Shown: positions 1 to 10,913, counted from the stretch's first letter. The stretch is DNA of 64,000 nucleotides from Syntrophorhabdaceae bacterium (GCA_963665295.1 OY762209.1:2624001-2688000); one strand, 5' to 3'. Translations and numbers: made by a program. Notes: generated from the letters alone by a model not told the origin.

Positions 1-387
1 CGTGAGGATTACCCTATTGTCGCCTCTCAGCTTCTCATGGAGCTGGTGGGTCCCCACGTCTACGGCATAGACCTTTGACGCCCCGTGTTTAAGGAGGCAG
101 TCTACAAAACCCCCGGTCGATGAGCCGATGTCGAGGGCAATTTTCCCCGTCATATCGATACCGAAGGCGCTTAAAGCCGCTTCAAGTTTGACGCCGCCGT
201 AGCTCACATAAGGGATCGGGTTCCCTTTTATCACGATCGGAGTGTCATCCGTCACTTTCTTGTCGGGTTTTGTAACCCTCTCTTCTCCGATATAGACCTC
301 GCCCGCCATAACGAGGACCCTTGCTTTCTCCCTTGAAGGGGCAAGGCCCTTTCGCGCAAGGACAACGTCTATTCGCTCTTTAACCAA
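1..387 (-). CDS. tlyA: TlyA-family rRNA methyltransferase, 3' end beyond window
   Basis: Manual translation from TTG at 387: VKERIDVVLARKGLAPSREKAR (S4-like), YVSYGGVKL, LDIGSSTGGF, VYAVDVG; follows dxs as usual. Confidence 0.9.
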   Translation of the reverse strand, partial: MVKERIDVVLARKGLAPSREKARVLVMAGEVYIGEERVTKPDKKVTDDTPIVIKGNPIPYVSYGGVKLEAALSAFGIDMTGKIALDIGSSTGGFVDCLLKHGASKVYAVDVGTHQLHEKLRGDNRVILT

Positions 388-2240
388 TCCAGAACCGCCT
401 TTTTTATTCCCCCTTCGTCGATGCCCGTCCTTTTCCGGAGGCTTGCCTGTGACCCGTGGGGCAGGAAAGCATCGGGAAGACCGATATTTTTTACGGGCAC
501 AAGGATCCCTTTTTCTGCGAGCAGCTGGCATACACCGCTTCCGAACCCTCCCATGACCGTGTTCTCTTCCACGGTAAGGATCCTGCCCGTGTCCGAGGCG
601 ACCTTGAGAAGCGTCTCACCGTCCATGGGTTTTATGAATCTCCCGTTTACCACCGTGCAGTGAATCCCTTCCTTTTCAAGCTCCGACGCGGCGGAGAGGG
701 CGGAGTGGACTGTGCTCCCGCACGCGATGACGGTAATGTCCCTGCCATCCTTGAGTATCTCCCAACTGCCCAGCGGTATTTCGCGTAACTCCGGGTCGAG
801 GGGCACTCCGAGCGCTTCGCCCCGGGGATACCTGATGGCGGCCGGTTTCTCGTAGCAGTACGCGGAGTAGAGCATATGCCTCAACTCATTCTCGTCCTTC
901 GGACTCATGATGATGAGATTGGGGACGGTGCGGAAATAGGAGAGGTCAAAAGCGCCGTGATGGGTGGGTCCGTCCTGGCCCACTATGCCGCTTCTGTCCA
1001 CCGCAAATACCACAGGGAGGTCCTGAAGGCAGACATCCAATATGATCTGATCATAGGCCCTCTGGAGGAATGTGGAGTAGATGGCGACAAAAGGCCTCAG
1101 GCCGCCCAGGGCAAGGGCCCCCGCAAAAGTTACCCCGTGCTGCTCCGCGATGCCGATATCGTAAAACCTGTCCGGGAAGATTTGGGAAAAGTGGTCCAGG
1201 CCCGTGCCGAGTCCCATGGCCGCCGTAACAGCCACAATTCGCTCATCCTTTTCAGCCAGTTCAATGATGGTGTCTCCGAAGAAGTCGGTGTACGTCTTCG
1301 TACCCTTGCTGGTGGAGTTGCCCGTGACCATCTCGAAAGTCGATATACCGTGAAATCTCGCGGGATCGTCCTCCGCATGGGTGTATCCCTTACCCTTCTT
1401 TGTCACCACATGAAGGAGAAGGGGCCCCTTGAGACGTTTTACATTGGTGAGGGTGTCTATGAGGTGAACGATGTTGTGCCCGTCCACGGGGCCGACGTAC
1501 TGAAAGCCCAGGGCCTCGAACAACATGCCGGGCGTAACGAAGGCCTTTATGGTCTCCTCGATGTGGCGCGCGGCCTTATAGACCGTATCGCCTACGGACG
1601 GGGGAAGCCTCTTGAGCCTGTTTTTGATCTCCTCCCTGAGGTTGCTCACAAACTCTCCCGTCATGATCTTGTTCAGATAACTGGAGAGACCGCCTATGTT
1701 TTTCGATATGGACATTTCGTTATCGTTGAGAATGACCATGATATCACTTTTGAGATGTCCCGCGTGGTTCAGGGCCTCGAAGGACATGCCGCCCGTCAGG
1801 GAACCGTCGCCGATGACGGCCACGATCTTGTGGGTTTCCCGTCTCCTCCGCCTTGCCTCCGTGAGGCCGACCGCGATCGATATGGAGTTGCTCGCGTGAC
1901 CCGTATCGAATACATCGTAGGCGCTCTCTTTCTTCGAGGGAAACCCGCTTATGCCCCCGTTCTGCCGGAGAGATCCGAACCTCTCTTTTCTTCCCGTGAG
2001 CAGCTTATGGGTATAGCTCTGGTGTCCTACATCCCATATGATCTTGTCGCGAGGTGTGTCGAGTATGTAGTGAAGGGCAATCGTCAGCTCCACCACGCCG
2101 AGGTTCGACGAAAGATGACCCCCTGTCTTGGATACCGTGTCTATGATATATCGGCGTATTTCGTCGGCAAGTTGCGAAAGTTCGGCAAGATCCAGCGTCT
2201 TCAGGTCCCCGGGACCTTCTATCCTCTCGAGGAACATCAA
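369..2240 (-). CDS. dxs: 1-deoxy-D-xylulose-5-phosphate synthase
   Basis: GGHLSSNLG, WDVGHQSY, GDGSLTGG, GIAEQH, DGPTHHG motifs; 623 aa. Confidence 0.97.
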   Translation of the reverse strand: MMFLERIEGPGDLKTLDLAELSQLADEIRRYIIDTVSKTGGHLSSNLGVVELTIALHYILDTPRDKIIWDVGHQSYTHKLLTGRKERFGSLRQNGGISGFPSKKESAYDVFDTGHASNSISIAVGLTEARRRRRETHKIVAVIGDGSLTGGMSFEALNHAGHLKSDIMVILNDNEMSISKNIGGLSSYLNKIMTGEFVSNLREEIKNRLKRLPPSVGDTVYKAARHIEETIKAFVTPGMLFEALGFQYVGPVDGHNIVHLIDTLTNVKRLKGPLLLHVVTKKGKGYTHAEDDPARFHGISTFEMVTGNSTSKGTKTYTDFFGDTIIELAEKDERIVAVTAAMGLGTGLDHFSQIFPDRFYDIGIAEQHGVTFAGALALGGLRPFVAIYSTFLQRAYDQIILDVCLQDLPVVFAVDRSGIVGQDGPTHHGAFDLSYFRTVPNLIIMSPKDENELRHMLYSAYCYEKPAAIRYPRGEALGVPLDPELREIPLGSWEILKDGRDITVIACGSTVHSALSAASELEKEGIHCTVVNGRFIKPMDGETLLKVASDTGRILTVEENTVMGGFGSGVCQLLAEKGILVPVKNIGLPDAFLPHGSQASLRKRTGIDEGGIKKAVLDWLKSE

Positions 2241-3121
2241 GAAACCCGGCTGCCGATGAATTGCGCGAGTTCTGTGAGTATTGCCGACTCCGCGCCGAGA
2301 AACTGGACGGACCTGATGGCTTCGTCGGTAAGCTGCTCCAGCTTGATCTTTGAGGCGACCACGCCATAGTGCTTCACGTAGGTCTGCTTGTTCGAGTCCT
2401 TTTTGAGCCTCTTTCCCACTGTTTCCTCATCTCCTTCCACATCGAGGAGGTCATCCATGATCTGGAAGGCGAGACCGAGAGATTCGCCGTACCGGGTGAA
2501 CTTCTGGAGGGCCCGCGCTTTCGCTCCCCCCATTATCGCACCTACTCTCACCGCGGCCCGGATGAGGGCCGTCGTCTTATGAGAATGAATATAATTCAGA
2601 ATGTTCTTGGTTCCTTCCTTCCCGTCATAAAGGACATCCACCACCTGACCCGCGACCATGCCCTCGGCGCCCGCCGCGGAAGCGACCTCGAATACCACCT
2701 GCTTGACTATTCTCGGGCTGATCCTTTCGGCATACCGGCTGTCCGCCATGATTCTGAAAGCCTCGGTAAGGAGTCCGTCTCCCGCGAGAATGGCCATTGC
2801 CTCGCCGTAAACCTTGTGACACGTCGGCTTGCCCCGTCTCAGGTCATCGTTGTCCAGGCTCGGCAGGTCATCGTGGATCAGGGAATAGGTGTGGATCATC
2901 TCGATGGCGCAGGCAAAGGGAAGAAGTCCGTCACAGATTTTGCCCTGTGCTTCGCACGCCGCGATGGCCAGGATAGGCCGTATCCTTTTGCCGTGGGAAA
3001 ACAGCATATATCCCATGGCGTCCCTCAATACGGAGGGAGACGTCTTCAAGGAGGAAAAGATATCCTTGAGGCTCTCTTCCACTACTATCTGTTTTTCCCG
3101 AAGGTATGTGGCAAGATCCAT
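2237..3121 (-). CDS. ispA: Farnesyl diphosphate synthase (polyprenyl synthetase)
   Basis: GKRIRP, SLIHDDLP..DNDDLRRG, FQIMDDLLD; xseB-ispA-dxs synteny. Confidence 0.95.
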   Translation of the reverse strand: MDLATYLREKQIVVEESLKDIFSSLKTSPSVLRDAMGYMLFSHGKRIRPILAIAACEAQGKICDGLLPFACAIEMIHTYSLIHDDLPSLDNDDLRRGKPTCHKVYGEAMAILAGDGLLTEAFRIMADSRYAERISPRIVKQVVFEVASAAGAEGMVAGQVVDVLYDGKEGTKNILNYIHSHKTTALIRAAVRVGAIMGGAKARALQKFTRYGESLGLAFQIMDDLLDVEGDEETVGKRLKKDSNKQTYVKHYGVVASKIKLEQLTDEAIRSVQFLGAESAILTELAQFIGSRVS

Positions 3122-3342
3122 TACGCTTCTTCCCGACCGAAGGGTTGTCTTTCCAATGACCCGTCCTCTTTTTTTATGAGTACCTCGACCTTTTTCTCTA
3201 TGTCGTCAAGCCTTCTCGAAAGCTCCTTCGTGAGAGAGAGTCCCTCTTTGAAGAGGCTCAGGGCTTCGTCAAGAGGTATATTGCCGTTGTCGAGGGTTTT
3301 CACTATGTCTTCGAGCTTTTTAAGCCCATCTTCAAATTTCAT
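3121..3342 (-). CDS. xseB: Exodeoxyribonuclease VII small subunit
   Basis: FEDGLKKLEDIVKTLDNGNIPLDEALSLFKEG; synteny. Confidence 0.93.
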   Translation of the reverse strand: MKFEDGLKKLEDIVKTLDNGNIPLDEALSLFKEGLSLTKELSRRLDDIEKKVEVLIKKEDGSLERQPFGREEA

Positions 3343-3546
3343 TGACTTTTAATTATAAAATTTAAAATCGTGCTTAGCAAGTGTTTCGTGAAGATGAATC
3401 CCATCTCCGGTGCGCGGGCGCACTCCGCCGTTCCGGGGGAGCGGAGGGAATTCGTTGACGGGATAAGAAAAATAAGGATATATAAGGACATAACGTGTCG
3501 GGTATCATTGATGATGGACGACCAATTGACAAAGAGGAGGCAGAAC

Positions 3547-4134
3547 ATGAAAAAGGTATTGAGTCTCGCATTGGTTTTCGGTCTTATGGTTGTTTATGTC
3601 GGGTTCGCGTCGGCTCAGGATCAACAGGCAGCGAAGAAAGACGCGGGCAAGCCGGGCGCGGTCCTGGCTGAGGCCGTTACCCTGACCGCCGTGGTGGATG
3701 CGGTGGATGCGGAAAAGCGGACCCTCACCCTCAAGATGGAGGACGGGTCGGCCCGGACCTTCAAAGTGGGCAAGGAAGTAAAGAACTTCGACCAGATCAA
3801 GGCAGGGGACAAACTGAGGACCACGTACCTCGAATCAATGGCCGTTTTTGTGAGGAAATCGGACGAAAAACCCTTCGCGGGCGAGGTTGGCACTGTGAGG
3901 GTCGCGCCGAAGGGTGCGAAACCCGGCATCGTGGTGGCGGACACCTTTGAGATAACAGCGAAGGTTGACGATATAGATTATAAGAAACGGACCGTAACCT
4001 TGAAGGGCCCCGAGGGTAAGGTGAATACATTTACTGTGGACAAAAGGGTGAAGAAGTTCATGAGCGTGAAGAAGGGTGACGAACTGGTGGTGAGGGTCAC
4101 GGAAGCCATGGCAGTTGCCGTGGAGGCGCCTTAA
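3547..4134 (+). CDS. Exported hypothetical protein with two repeated beta-rich (OB-like) domains
   Basis: SD AGGAGG before ATG 3547; signal peptide MKKVLSLAL...ASA; internal duplication TAVVDAVDAEKRTLTLK / TAKVDDIDYKKRTVTLK. Confidence 0.8.
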   Translation: MKKVLSLALVFGLMVVYVGFASAQDQQAAKKDAGKPGAVLAEAVTLTAVVDAVDAEKRTLTLKMEDGSARTFKVGKEVKNFDQIKAGDKLRTTYLESMAVFVRKSDEKPFAGEVGTVRVAPKGAKPGIVVADTFEITAKVDDIDYKKRTVTLKGPEGKVNTFTVDKRVKKFMSVKKGDELVVRVTEAMAVAVEAP

Positions 4135-4253
4135 GCCGAAGACCGCGAAAGCCCGGGGCTGCCGCTCAGGCGGCCCGTCAGGAAGGTTTTTTAACGGGGA
4201 ATGGGAGGGCGGCGCCTGCCTGTTCCCCGCGCACCTTGAGTCTTTCCGGCTCC

Positions 4254-4700
4254 TTACCGGGGGTCTTTGCCGGTTCGAAGCGCCAATGCGTTGAAAAAGG
4301 CCCCGGGCACGGGACTGGGCCTGCGGGAGACATAGTCGAATGTGACCATGCCGGTTTCCGCGAGGGCCACGAGGGTTTCACCCCTTGTCACCCGGTGAAA
4401 CAGTCTGAAACCGGTGCGAGTAAATTCACCGACGTGGGTATCGATGTGAAGCTCCTCCAACATGAATGCTTCAGCCTTGAAATTTACGGAAAGGTCCGAC
4501 ATTATGACACCGGTCTTGTGGCCGCCTAAATGGAGTTCGGTGAAACCCATGGAATGGAGCATGGCCACCCGCGCGGTACCCAGGAGAGAGACGAGGGCAT
4601 CGTTTCCCATATGCCCGCCATAGTTGATATCCCGCGGCTGGAGGGTTATGGTGTGACGAAATTCATATTCCCTCTGAATTGTGAGTTTTATCCTCGACAT
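4254..4700 (-). CDS. Acyl-CoA thioesterase (hot-dog fold)
   Basis: DINYGGHMGN motif; SD GGAGG before ATG 4700. Confidence 0.85.
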   Translation of the reverse strand: MSRIKLTIQREYEFRHTITLQPRDINYGGHMGNDALVSLLGTARVAMLHSMGFTELHLGGHKTGVIMSDLSVNFKAEAFMLEELHIDTHVGEFTRTGFRLFHRVTRGETLVALAETGMVTFDYVSRRPSPVPGAFFNALALRTGKDPR

Positions 4701-5194
4701 GGCCGCCTCCGTCCGTTCTGTCCGTGAGATCTGAATTCTTGTTATCTTCTGTAACACTTCCCGGGGAATTATGTCAATTAGCAGGGAGAACATTTTATTT
4801 GACCCCGCGTCCATTCAATGATACGTTTTGAAAACGGCACATTAATCACAAGGAAAATGTGGAGGTCGGCCCCCCCCTGCGGAAGCAGTCATATTGGTGA
4901 CGCGGCGAGACGCGGCTTGTGGGCCTGAGCGGGGCCGACGCAAGTGGAGCGCGGGTTCCTTCGGATTGAGACAAAGGGAAGACGAAAGGACACCCGAAAG
5001 GATATTCGCAACACCTTGAAACCAGGTCCGGCATATCGGGCAGGGTTACCGGACAGATGCGGCCGCACCTGTCCGGAACAGCCTTGGACAGCATATCGGG
5101 CAGCGATAACGAGCCGCGGGAGACTTTCTTTAATGAGGGCGACAGGAAATCAGGAGCCATATGGGGCGTGCAGCCGGACTGAGCCGTCCGACCG

Positions 5195-6391
5195 GTGTGT
5201 GCGGCGGAGCAGCCGATGAGGTTCCTTCTCGATAACCGGACCCAGGCCGCCTTGCAGTTTGCCGTCCCGGTCATTCTTCTCATGGTCATGTCCGTCTCAT
5301 GGCGAACGCAAAAGACTCATCATGGCTTCGGCCGATGGACAATCAGCAATGCGCCCCTCGCGCTGGGCTCCCTTCTTCTCGGCCTGCGCGGCATGGTCCC
5401 TGACTGGGTGTCCGTGTTTGTGGCGAATGGGCTGCTGTTTATCTCGCCCATCCTGATATATGAGGGTATTCGTCAGTTTCGAGGGAGACCTCCCCGGGAT
5501 ATATTCAATTACGGGTTGATGGCGTTCCTTTTGGGCGCCTTCGCGTTTTTCCTGTGGGTGCGGCCCGATGCGAATGTCCGGCCGGTGGTCATGACCGTGT
5601 GCGCCGCAATCGTTATCCTTCGCTGCGCGGCAAGTCTCTCCAGAGATGTCCCTGCTGAACTGCGCCCGGGCTACCGGTTCACGGCGGCGGCCTTCGGGAT
5701 CTATGGTCTCGCGCTGACCCTGCGTGTTTTCACTGCGCCGACCCTGCCCGAGTTGTCCGACACTGTTGCCGGGGATACGTGGCGGGGCCTCCTGTCCATG
5801 GCGACCGTTGTCATGCCCGTGGTGTGGACCTTCGGGTTCTTTATGATGACCAACGACCGACTTACCCGGAGCCTCAGGACCGCCGAGGTCGAGATGCGCG
5901 AGATGGCATCCACCGACTCTCTGACGGGTCTCCTAAACCGCCGTTCCTTCGTCGAGATGAGTCAGCGCGAACAGGTGCGTATGCGTCGCAATGGCGGCAC
6001 TCTGGCGCTGCTGGTTATGGACATCGATCATTTCAAACACCTGAACGACACCTATGGCCATCTTGTAGGGGACGCCATACTGCGTGAAATGGCAGGCATC
6101 TGCAAGGGCAGCGTGCGGGCCACCGACTTGCTCGCACGGTGGGGCGGTGAGGAGTTTGCCGTGCTTCTACCTGACACCGACTATGCGGGGTGCCTCTACC
6201 TTGGCGAGAAACTGCGCCGCGAGGTGGCCGGTTTGTCCGTGCCTGCGGGCAGGGGGCAGGCCAGGACCACGATCAGTGTGGGTGGAGCGCTCTGGACGCC
6301 GGACGACGAGAATCTCGATTCAGTGCTGCGCCGCGCCGATATTGCCCTCTATAAAGCGAAGCGGCGCGGTCGAAATTGTGTGGTCATGTAA
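5195..6391 (+). CDS. Membrane-bound diguanylate cyclase
   Basis: About 7 TM segments, then TDSLTGLLNRR, DIDHFK, NDTYGH, RWGGEEF. Confidence 0.93.
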   Translation: MCAAEQPMRFLLDNRTQAALQFAVPVILLMVMSVSWRTQKTHHGFGRWTISNAPLALGSLLLGLRGMVPDWVSVFVANGLLFISPILIYEGIRQFRGRPPRDIFNYGLMAFLLGAFAFFLWVRPDANVRPVVMTVCAAIVILRCAASLSRDVPAELRPGYRFTAAAFGIYGLALTLRVFTAPTLPELSDTVAGDTWRGLLSMATVVMPVVWTFGFFMMTNDRLTRSLRTAEVEMREMASTDSLTGLLNRRSFVEMSQREQVRMRRNGGTLALLVMDIDHFKHLNDTYGHLVGDAILREMAGICKGSVRATDLLARWGGEEFAVLLPDTDYAGCLYLGEKLRREVAGLSVPAGRGQARTTISVGGALWTPDDENLDSVLRRADIALYKAKRRGRNCVVM

Positions 6392-6476
6392 TGTCCCTGA
6401 TGATTTTTTTACTCTGATTCTATATAATTATAATCTCCATCCAGTGAAACGGTAAAAGTGTGAGAAGGTCGTACTA

Positions 6477-8078
6477 TTGAAGAAGAAAATATATGAAGAA
6501 GAAGCATTCTTTCCGGCAGAGGGGGACATACCGGAACTGCTGGTGAAAGATATCCCCTTTGTTATGGACAAATACCTCGCGGGAGGCACGCTCAAGGTCT
6601 GGGAAGGTCCTTACCGGGAGGTGTTTTCACCGGTCCTCGCAAGGGCCGGCGCGGGCGTCGTCGAGAGATCGATCGGCAGGTGCCCGCTCATGACGGAAAA
6701 GGAATCCCTGGAGGCGCTTCAATACGCGAAGGGAGCCTTTGATAATGGGAGAGGGGAGTGGCCCGCCATGACCGCCGAGGGGCGGATGGGATGCATGGAG
6801 GAGTTCCTTTCCCGGATGGTCCTCGAAAGGGACCGGGTAACGCATCTTCTCATGTGGGAGATAGGGAAGTCGGTTGGGGACGCTCAAACGGAGTTTGACC
6901 GGACCGTCAACTACGTAAGAGGTGTGATGGGTGCGCTCAGGGAGGCGAAGAAGAATCGCTCCCTGGTGTTGACGGGACACAATATGGCGGGAAGGATCGG
7001 AAGGGCGCCCCTGGGTGTGGTCCTTTGCATGGGGCCCTTCAACTACCCGCTGTTCGAGACCTTTACCGGTCTTGCCTCGGGACTCCTTACGGGGAACACG
7101 GTGGTTTTCAAACTTCCCCGGTTCGGGTCGCTCCTCTATGGACCTCTTTTCGAACTCTTCCGTGATTCCTTTCCACCCGGGGTGGTAAACGTGATTTCCG
7201 GTGAGGGGAAGCGGATAATTCCGCCCCTCCTTGCGACAGGCATGGTGGACGGCCTCGCCTTCATCGGGACGAGTGGCGTGGCGGCATACCTGAGAGGCCT
7301 TCACCCGAAACCTCAAAGGCTCCGTTGTGTCCTCGGGCTCGAGGCGAAGAACCCCGCCATCATTTTGTCTGATGCAGACCTCGACCTCGTGGTGCCGGAA
7401 AGCGTAAAGGGCGCTCTCGCCTTTAACGGACAACGGTGCGCGGCGCTGAAGATATTTTTTGTCCACACATCCCTTGTGGAACCTTTTCTCGAAAGGTTTT
7501 CCCGGGCTTTGGCCGATATCGAGTTCGGGATGCCGTGGGAGGAGGGGGTTTTCGTGACGCCCCTCGTGGAACCGGGCAAGCCCCGATACCTTGCGGACCT
7601 CATGGAGGATGCCGTCGGCCGTGGAGCGCGCCTGATGAATGAAGGAGGGGGGACCATATGGGGAACCTTCTTCCACCCCGCCCTCCTTTTCCCCGTTACC
7701 CCGGCCATGCGCGTATATCATGAGGAGCAGTTCGGTCCCCTCATTCCGGTAGTCCCCTATGATGACCTTGAAGTGCCGGTCCGGTATGTGACGGAGTCGA
7801 GTTACGGGCAGCAGGCGAGCGTCTTCGGAAAGGACAAGGACCGGTTGAGGAGCCTCGTGGATTGTCTCGTGCACCAGGTTTCGAGGGTGAACATCAACTG
7901 CCAGTGCCAGCGGAGTCCCGACACAGCCCCCTTCACGGGAAGAAAAGACTCCGCCGAGGGAAGCCTTTCGGTGTCCGACGCAGCCACGGCCTTCACCACG
8001 CCTTTTTTTGTCGCCTCCAGGGACACGGAGGCCGACGTGGAGATTGTTGACGTTCTGATAAGAGAGAGGGAGAGATAA
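6477..8078 (+). CDS. gapN: GapN-like NADP-dependent aldehyde dehydrogenase
   Basis: PLGVVLCMGPFNYP, LGLEAKN, FNGQRCAALK, EEQFGP, PFTGRKDSAEG. Confidence 0.8.
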   Translation: MKKKIYEEEAFFPAEGDIPELLVKDIPFVMDKYLAGGTLKVWEGPYREVFSPVLARAGAGVVERSIGRCPLMTEKESLEALQYAKGAFDNGRGEWPAMTAEGRMGCMEEFLSRMVLERDRVTHLLMWEIGKSVGDAQTEFDRTVNYVRGVMGALREAKKNRSLVLTGHNMAGRIGRAPLGVVLCMGPFNYPLFETFTGLASGLLTGNTVVFKLPRFGSLLYGPLFELFRDSFPPGVVNVISGEGKRIIPPLLATGMVDGLAFIGTSGVAAYLRGLHPKPQRLRCVLGLEAKNPAIILSDADLDLVVPESVKGALAFNGQRCAALKIFFVHTSLVEPFLERFSRALADIEFGMPWEEGVFVTPLVEPGKPRYLADLMEDAVGRGARLMNEGGGTIWGTFFHPALLFPVTPAMRVYHEEQFGPLIPVVPYDDLEVPVRYVTESSYGQQASVFGKDKDRLRSLVDCLVHQVSRVNINCQCQRSPDTAPFTGRKDSAEGSLSVSDAATAFTTPFFVASRDTEADVEIVDVLIRERER

Positions 8079-8472
8079 AAGCATCTCGACCGTGAAGTCG
8101 CCTACCGTCCGTTCCGTCATCCCGGAAAACCGTTTCATCAAGTGGCGGTCGCAGAGTTATGACTGTACGTTATTGTGTACAGTGTGTCAGCCTCGCAACG
8201 CAATCGGGCAGGCTTGACAATTGCGTTAAATGGAGTGTTATCTTTGACCAAAGATAACGGTTTTAATGTTGATTATTGTGGTGTAGTGTATTATATTTTA
8301 TACAGTGGTAAAATAAGGCAGCAAACCTTACGGAATGCTTATCAAATGGTTTTGCATTTTTAGGAATCGTGTTTTACGTTAATTTACAGGGGTTGCGTGT
8401 TGAGCCTTTTTCTCCTGCCTTATGGAGGTGTAAGGCTCCACGGACATGTGACATACTATAAAAGGAGGCTAT

Positions 8473-10050
8473 ATGATTCACGGAGGTTCAGCAGAGTTCT
8501 TCAATGCAGCGGATTATTTTATCGACAGAAACATACGTCAGGGCCGGGGCCACAAGGTTGCCGTGTACACGGAAAAACGTAACTATACCTATAACGATAT
8601 TCAGAAGATGACCAACAAGACCGCCAATGCATTGAGGGAGCTCGGAGTCCGGGTGGACGACCGCGTGGTGCTTCTCATGCTCGACGTCCCCCAGTTCTAT
8701 GCCATATTCTGGGGCGCCATCAAGATAGGGGCGGTGCCCATCCCCGTCAATACCATGCTCACCCCCGAGGACTACGAATATTACCTCAACGACAGCCGTG
8801 CCCGGGTACTGGTCATATCGGTCCAGCTCGTGCCCACGGTCATGAAGATCCGGGGCGACCTGAGATACCTCAGGGACCTCATCATTATCTCGGAAACCGA
8901 GGGGGCTCACATCCCCTTTAAACAGAAGTACCGCCATGCGCCGGAGACGATCAAGACGGAGTTCACCACGAAAGACGACGTGGGGTTCTGGCTTTACAGT
9001 TCCGGGTCTACAGGAGCCCCGAAAGGTGCGATCCATTCCCATTACGACATGGTGGCAGCAGCTGAAGCATTCGGTCAAGGCGTGTTAGGACTTACCGAGG
9101 ACGACATTCTTTTTTCTGCAGCAAGACTTTTCTTTGCATACGGGCTCGGAAACGCGTGTTACTTTCCCCTGTCCGTAGGAGCATCCGTAGTACTCAATCC
9201 AGGGGCACCCAATCCTGAAAGCGTGTTCCACCATCTCGAGCGATTCCGCCCGACTGTCTTCTTCGGTATACCTACACTCTATGGACAGATGCTTGAATAC
9301 CTTGAGAAACGTGACAAAGAAACGGGCTCCACCCCGGACCCCAACTCGAACCACGAATTCTCGTCTGTCCGTATTTGTGTGTCTGCAGGAGAGGCGCTGC
9401 CGCCCGACATATATTTTCGCTGGAAAAAACGCTTCGGCATAGATATTCTGGACGGCATAGGCTCCACAGAGATGCTTCATATATTCATTTCCAACCGCCC
9501 GGGTGAGGTTAAACCGGGGTCCACGGGAAAACCCGTCCCCGGCTACGAACTCCGGCTTGTGGATGATGAAGGCCGTGATGTGCCGCCCGGCGAGATCGGC
9601 ACCCTCCTTGCGAAGGGGTCAAGTTCCGCCCAGCAGTACTGGAGAAAGCGGGAGAAGACGAGACTCACCATGCAGGGCGAGTGGATCAATACAGGCGACA
9701 AGTACTACATGGACGAGGACGGTTTCTACTGGTGCGCGGGCAGGGGAGACGACATGTTGAAGGTAGGGGGCATCTGGGTCTCTCCCGTGGAAGTGGAGAA
9801 CTGCCTGATTGAACATCACGCAGTGCTCGAAGCCGCCGTGGTGGGCTCCATGGACCCCAAGGGGCTTGTGAAGCCGAAGGCATTCGTGGTGCTGAGCGGT
9901 GGAGAGAGTCCGTCCCCCGAGCTTGAGAAGGAATTGAAGCAGTGGGTCCTTGACCGTATGGCGAAGTACAAGTACCCGAGATGGATAGAGTTCGTCAAGG
10001 AGCTTCCCAAGAGCACCACGGGTAAGATACAGAGGTTTAAACTGCGGTAA
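8473..10050 (+). CDS. Benzoate-CoA ligase family protein
   Basis: FWLYSSGSTGAPKG, LFFAYGLGN, DGIGSTEMLHIF, KVGGIWVSP, TGKIQRFKLR. Confidence 0.92.
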   Translation: MIHGGSAEFFNAADYFIDRNIRQGRGHKVAVYTEKRNYTYNDIQKMTNKTANALRELGVRVDDRVVLLMLDVPQFYAIFWGAIKIGAVPIPVNTMLTPEDYEYYLNDSRARVLVISVQLVPTVMKIRGDLRYLRDLIIISETEGAHIPFKQKYRHAPETIKTEFTTKDDVGFWLYSSGSTGAPKGAIHSHYDMVAAAEAFGQGVLGLTEDDILFSAARLFFAYGLGNACYFPLSVGASVVLNPGAPNPESVFHHLERFRPTVFFGIPTLYGQMLEYLEKRDKETGSTPDPNSNHEFSSVRICVSAGEALPPDIYFRWKKRFGIDILDGIGSTEMLHIFISNRPGEVKPGSTGKPVPGYELRLVDDEGRDVPPGEIGTLLAKGSSSAQQYWRKREKTRLTMQGEWINTGDKYYMDEDGFYWCAGRGDDMLKVGGIWVSPVEVENCLIEHHAVLEAAVVGSMDPKGLVKPKAFVVLSGGESPSPELEKELKQWVLDRMAKYKYPRWIEFVKELPKSTTGKIQRFKLR

Positions 10051-10089
10051 GCCGTAGAGAATAAAGCTGTCACGGTCCTTCGGGATCAC

Positions 10090-10125
10090 AATGCGGGCGC
10101 CTCGATTCGGGACGCCCGCATTTCT
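10090..10125 (+). terminator. Intrinsic terminator candidate
   Basis: aatgcgggcg...cgcccgcatt stem followed by a T-rich tail. Confidence 0.6.
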
Positions 10126-10280
10126 ATTCCCGCCCCCCTTTCCGGCCCCGTAAAGCGTGATGGAGGCGAAGGCGGGGCAAGCCGCCGCCCGACGACGAAC
10201 TGTATACATCAGGTGAGCTCCTATGAAAAAGAAACGTTAAGCAATCAAACTACTTAGAGACGTACAAGCCCGAATGTCAC

Positions 10281-10307
10281 TTAAGAAAATACCGCGCATT
10301 CCGATAA
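10281..10307 (+). promoter_or_regulatory. Sigma-28 (FliA)-type promoter
   Basis: TTAAGAAA-N11-TCCGATAA versus consensus TAAAGTTT-N11-GCCGATAA; precedes a Cache gene. Confidence 0.55.
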
Positions 10308-10366
10308 CTGTTGTGACCCATTAAATCACTTGATTCTATACTACAATTCAAAAAAGGGGGTTTCAG

Positions 10367-10825
10367 ATGAGAAGAGTTTTATCGGGAATGGCATTGGCGA
10401 TAATGGTTGTTTTTGGCATGGTATGTCTGGTTAGCGCTTCGTCGCAGGATGACGCGAAAGCGTTCGCGGAAAAGGCGGCGGCATTCGCGAAGGCGAACGG
10501 CAAGGAGAAAGCCGTCGCCGAGTTCAACAATCCCAAGGGTCAGTTCGTAAAGGGAGACCTTTACATATTCGCCAATGACTTCGGCGGCATATGCCTCGCG
10601 AACGGCGGGACACCTCAACTTGTGGGAAAAAACCTTCTCGGGCTGAAGGATGCGACGGATAAGTATTTCTTTAAGGAAATGACGGACCTCGCGAAGACGA
10701 AGGGGTCCGGCTGGGTCAACTATTCATGGACCAACCCGGTGAGCAAGAAGGTGCAGCCGAAGGTGACGTGGGTCCAGAAGGTGGAAGGGGCCGAATACTA
10801 TATCGGCTGCGGCGTATATAAGTAA
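10367..10825 (+). CDS. Stand-alone periplasmic single Cache-domain protein
   Basis: Signal peptide; GDLYIF, LVGKNL..LKD, GSGWVNYSWTNP..K. Confidence 0.88.
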   Translation: MRRVLSGMALAIMVVFGMVCLVSASSQDDAKAFAEKAAAFAKANGKEKAVAEFNNPKGQFVKGDLYIFANDFGGICLANGGTPQLVGKNLLGLKDATDKYFFKEMTDLAKTKGSGWVNYSWTNPVSKKVQPKVTWVQKVEGAEYYIGCGVYK

Positions 10826-10913
10826 GGGACGGCGATAATGTCTCCCGGCCCGGTTCTCTCACGGGATACCTCCCCTGGTAAAGGCGCTTTTCATCTTTTC
10901 AGGGTGGGGGGCT

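Noticed and set aside
876..3352. Long plus-strand ORFs (497 and 327 aa) and similar long antisense ORFs elsewhere (e.g. 6627-8141, 13764-15134, 36851-38320, 46880-47962)
   Set aside because: Antisense shadows of well-supported genes in GC-rich DNA, with no recognisable motifs.
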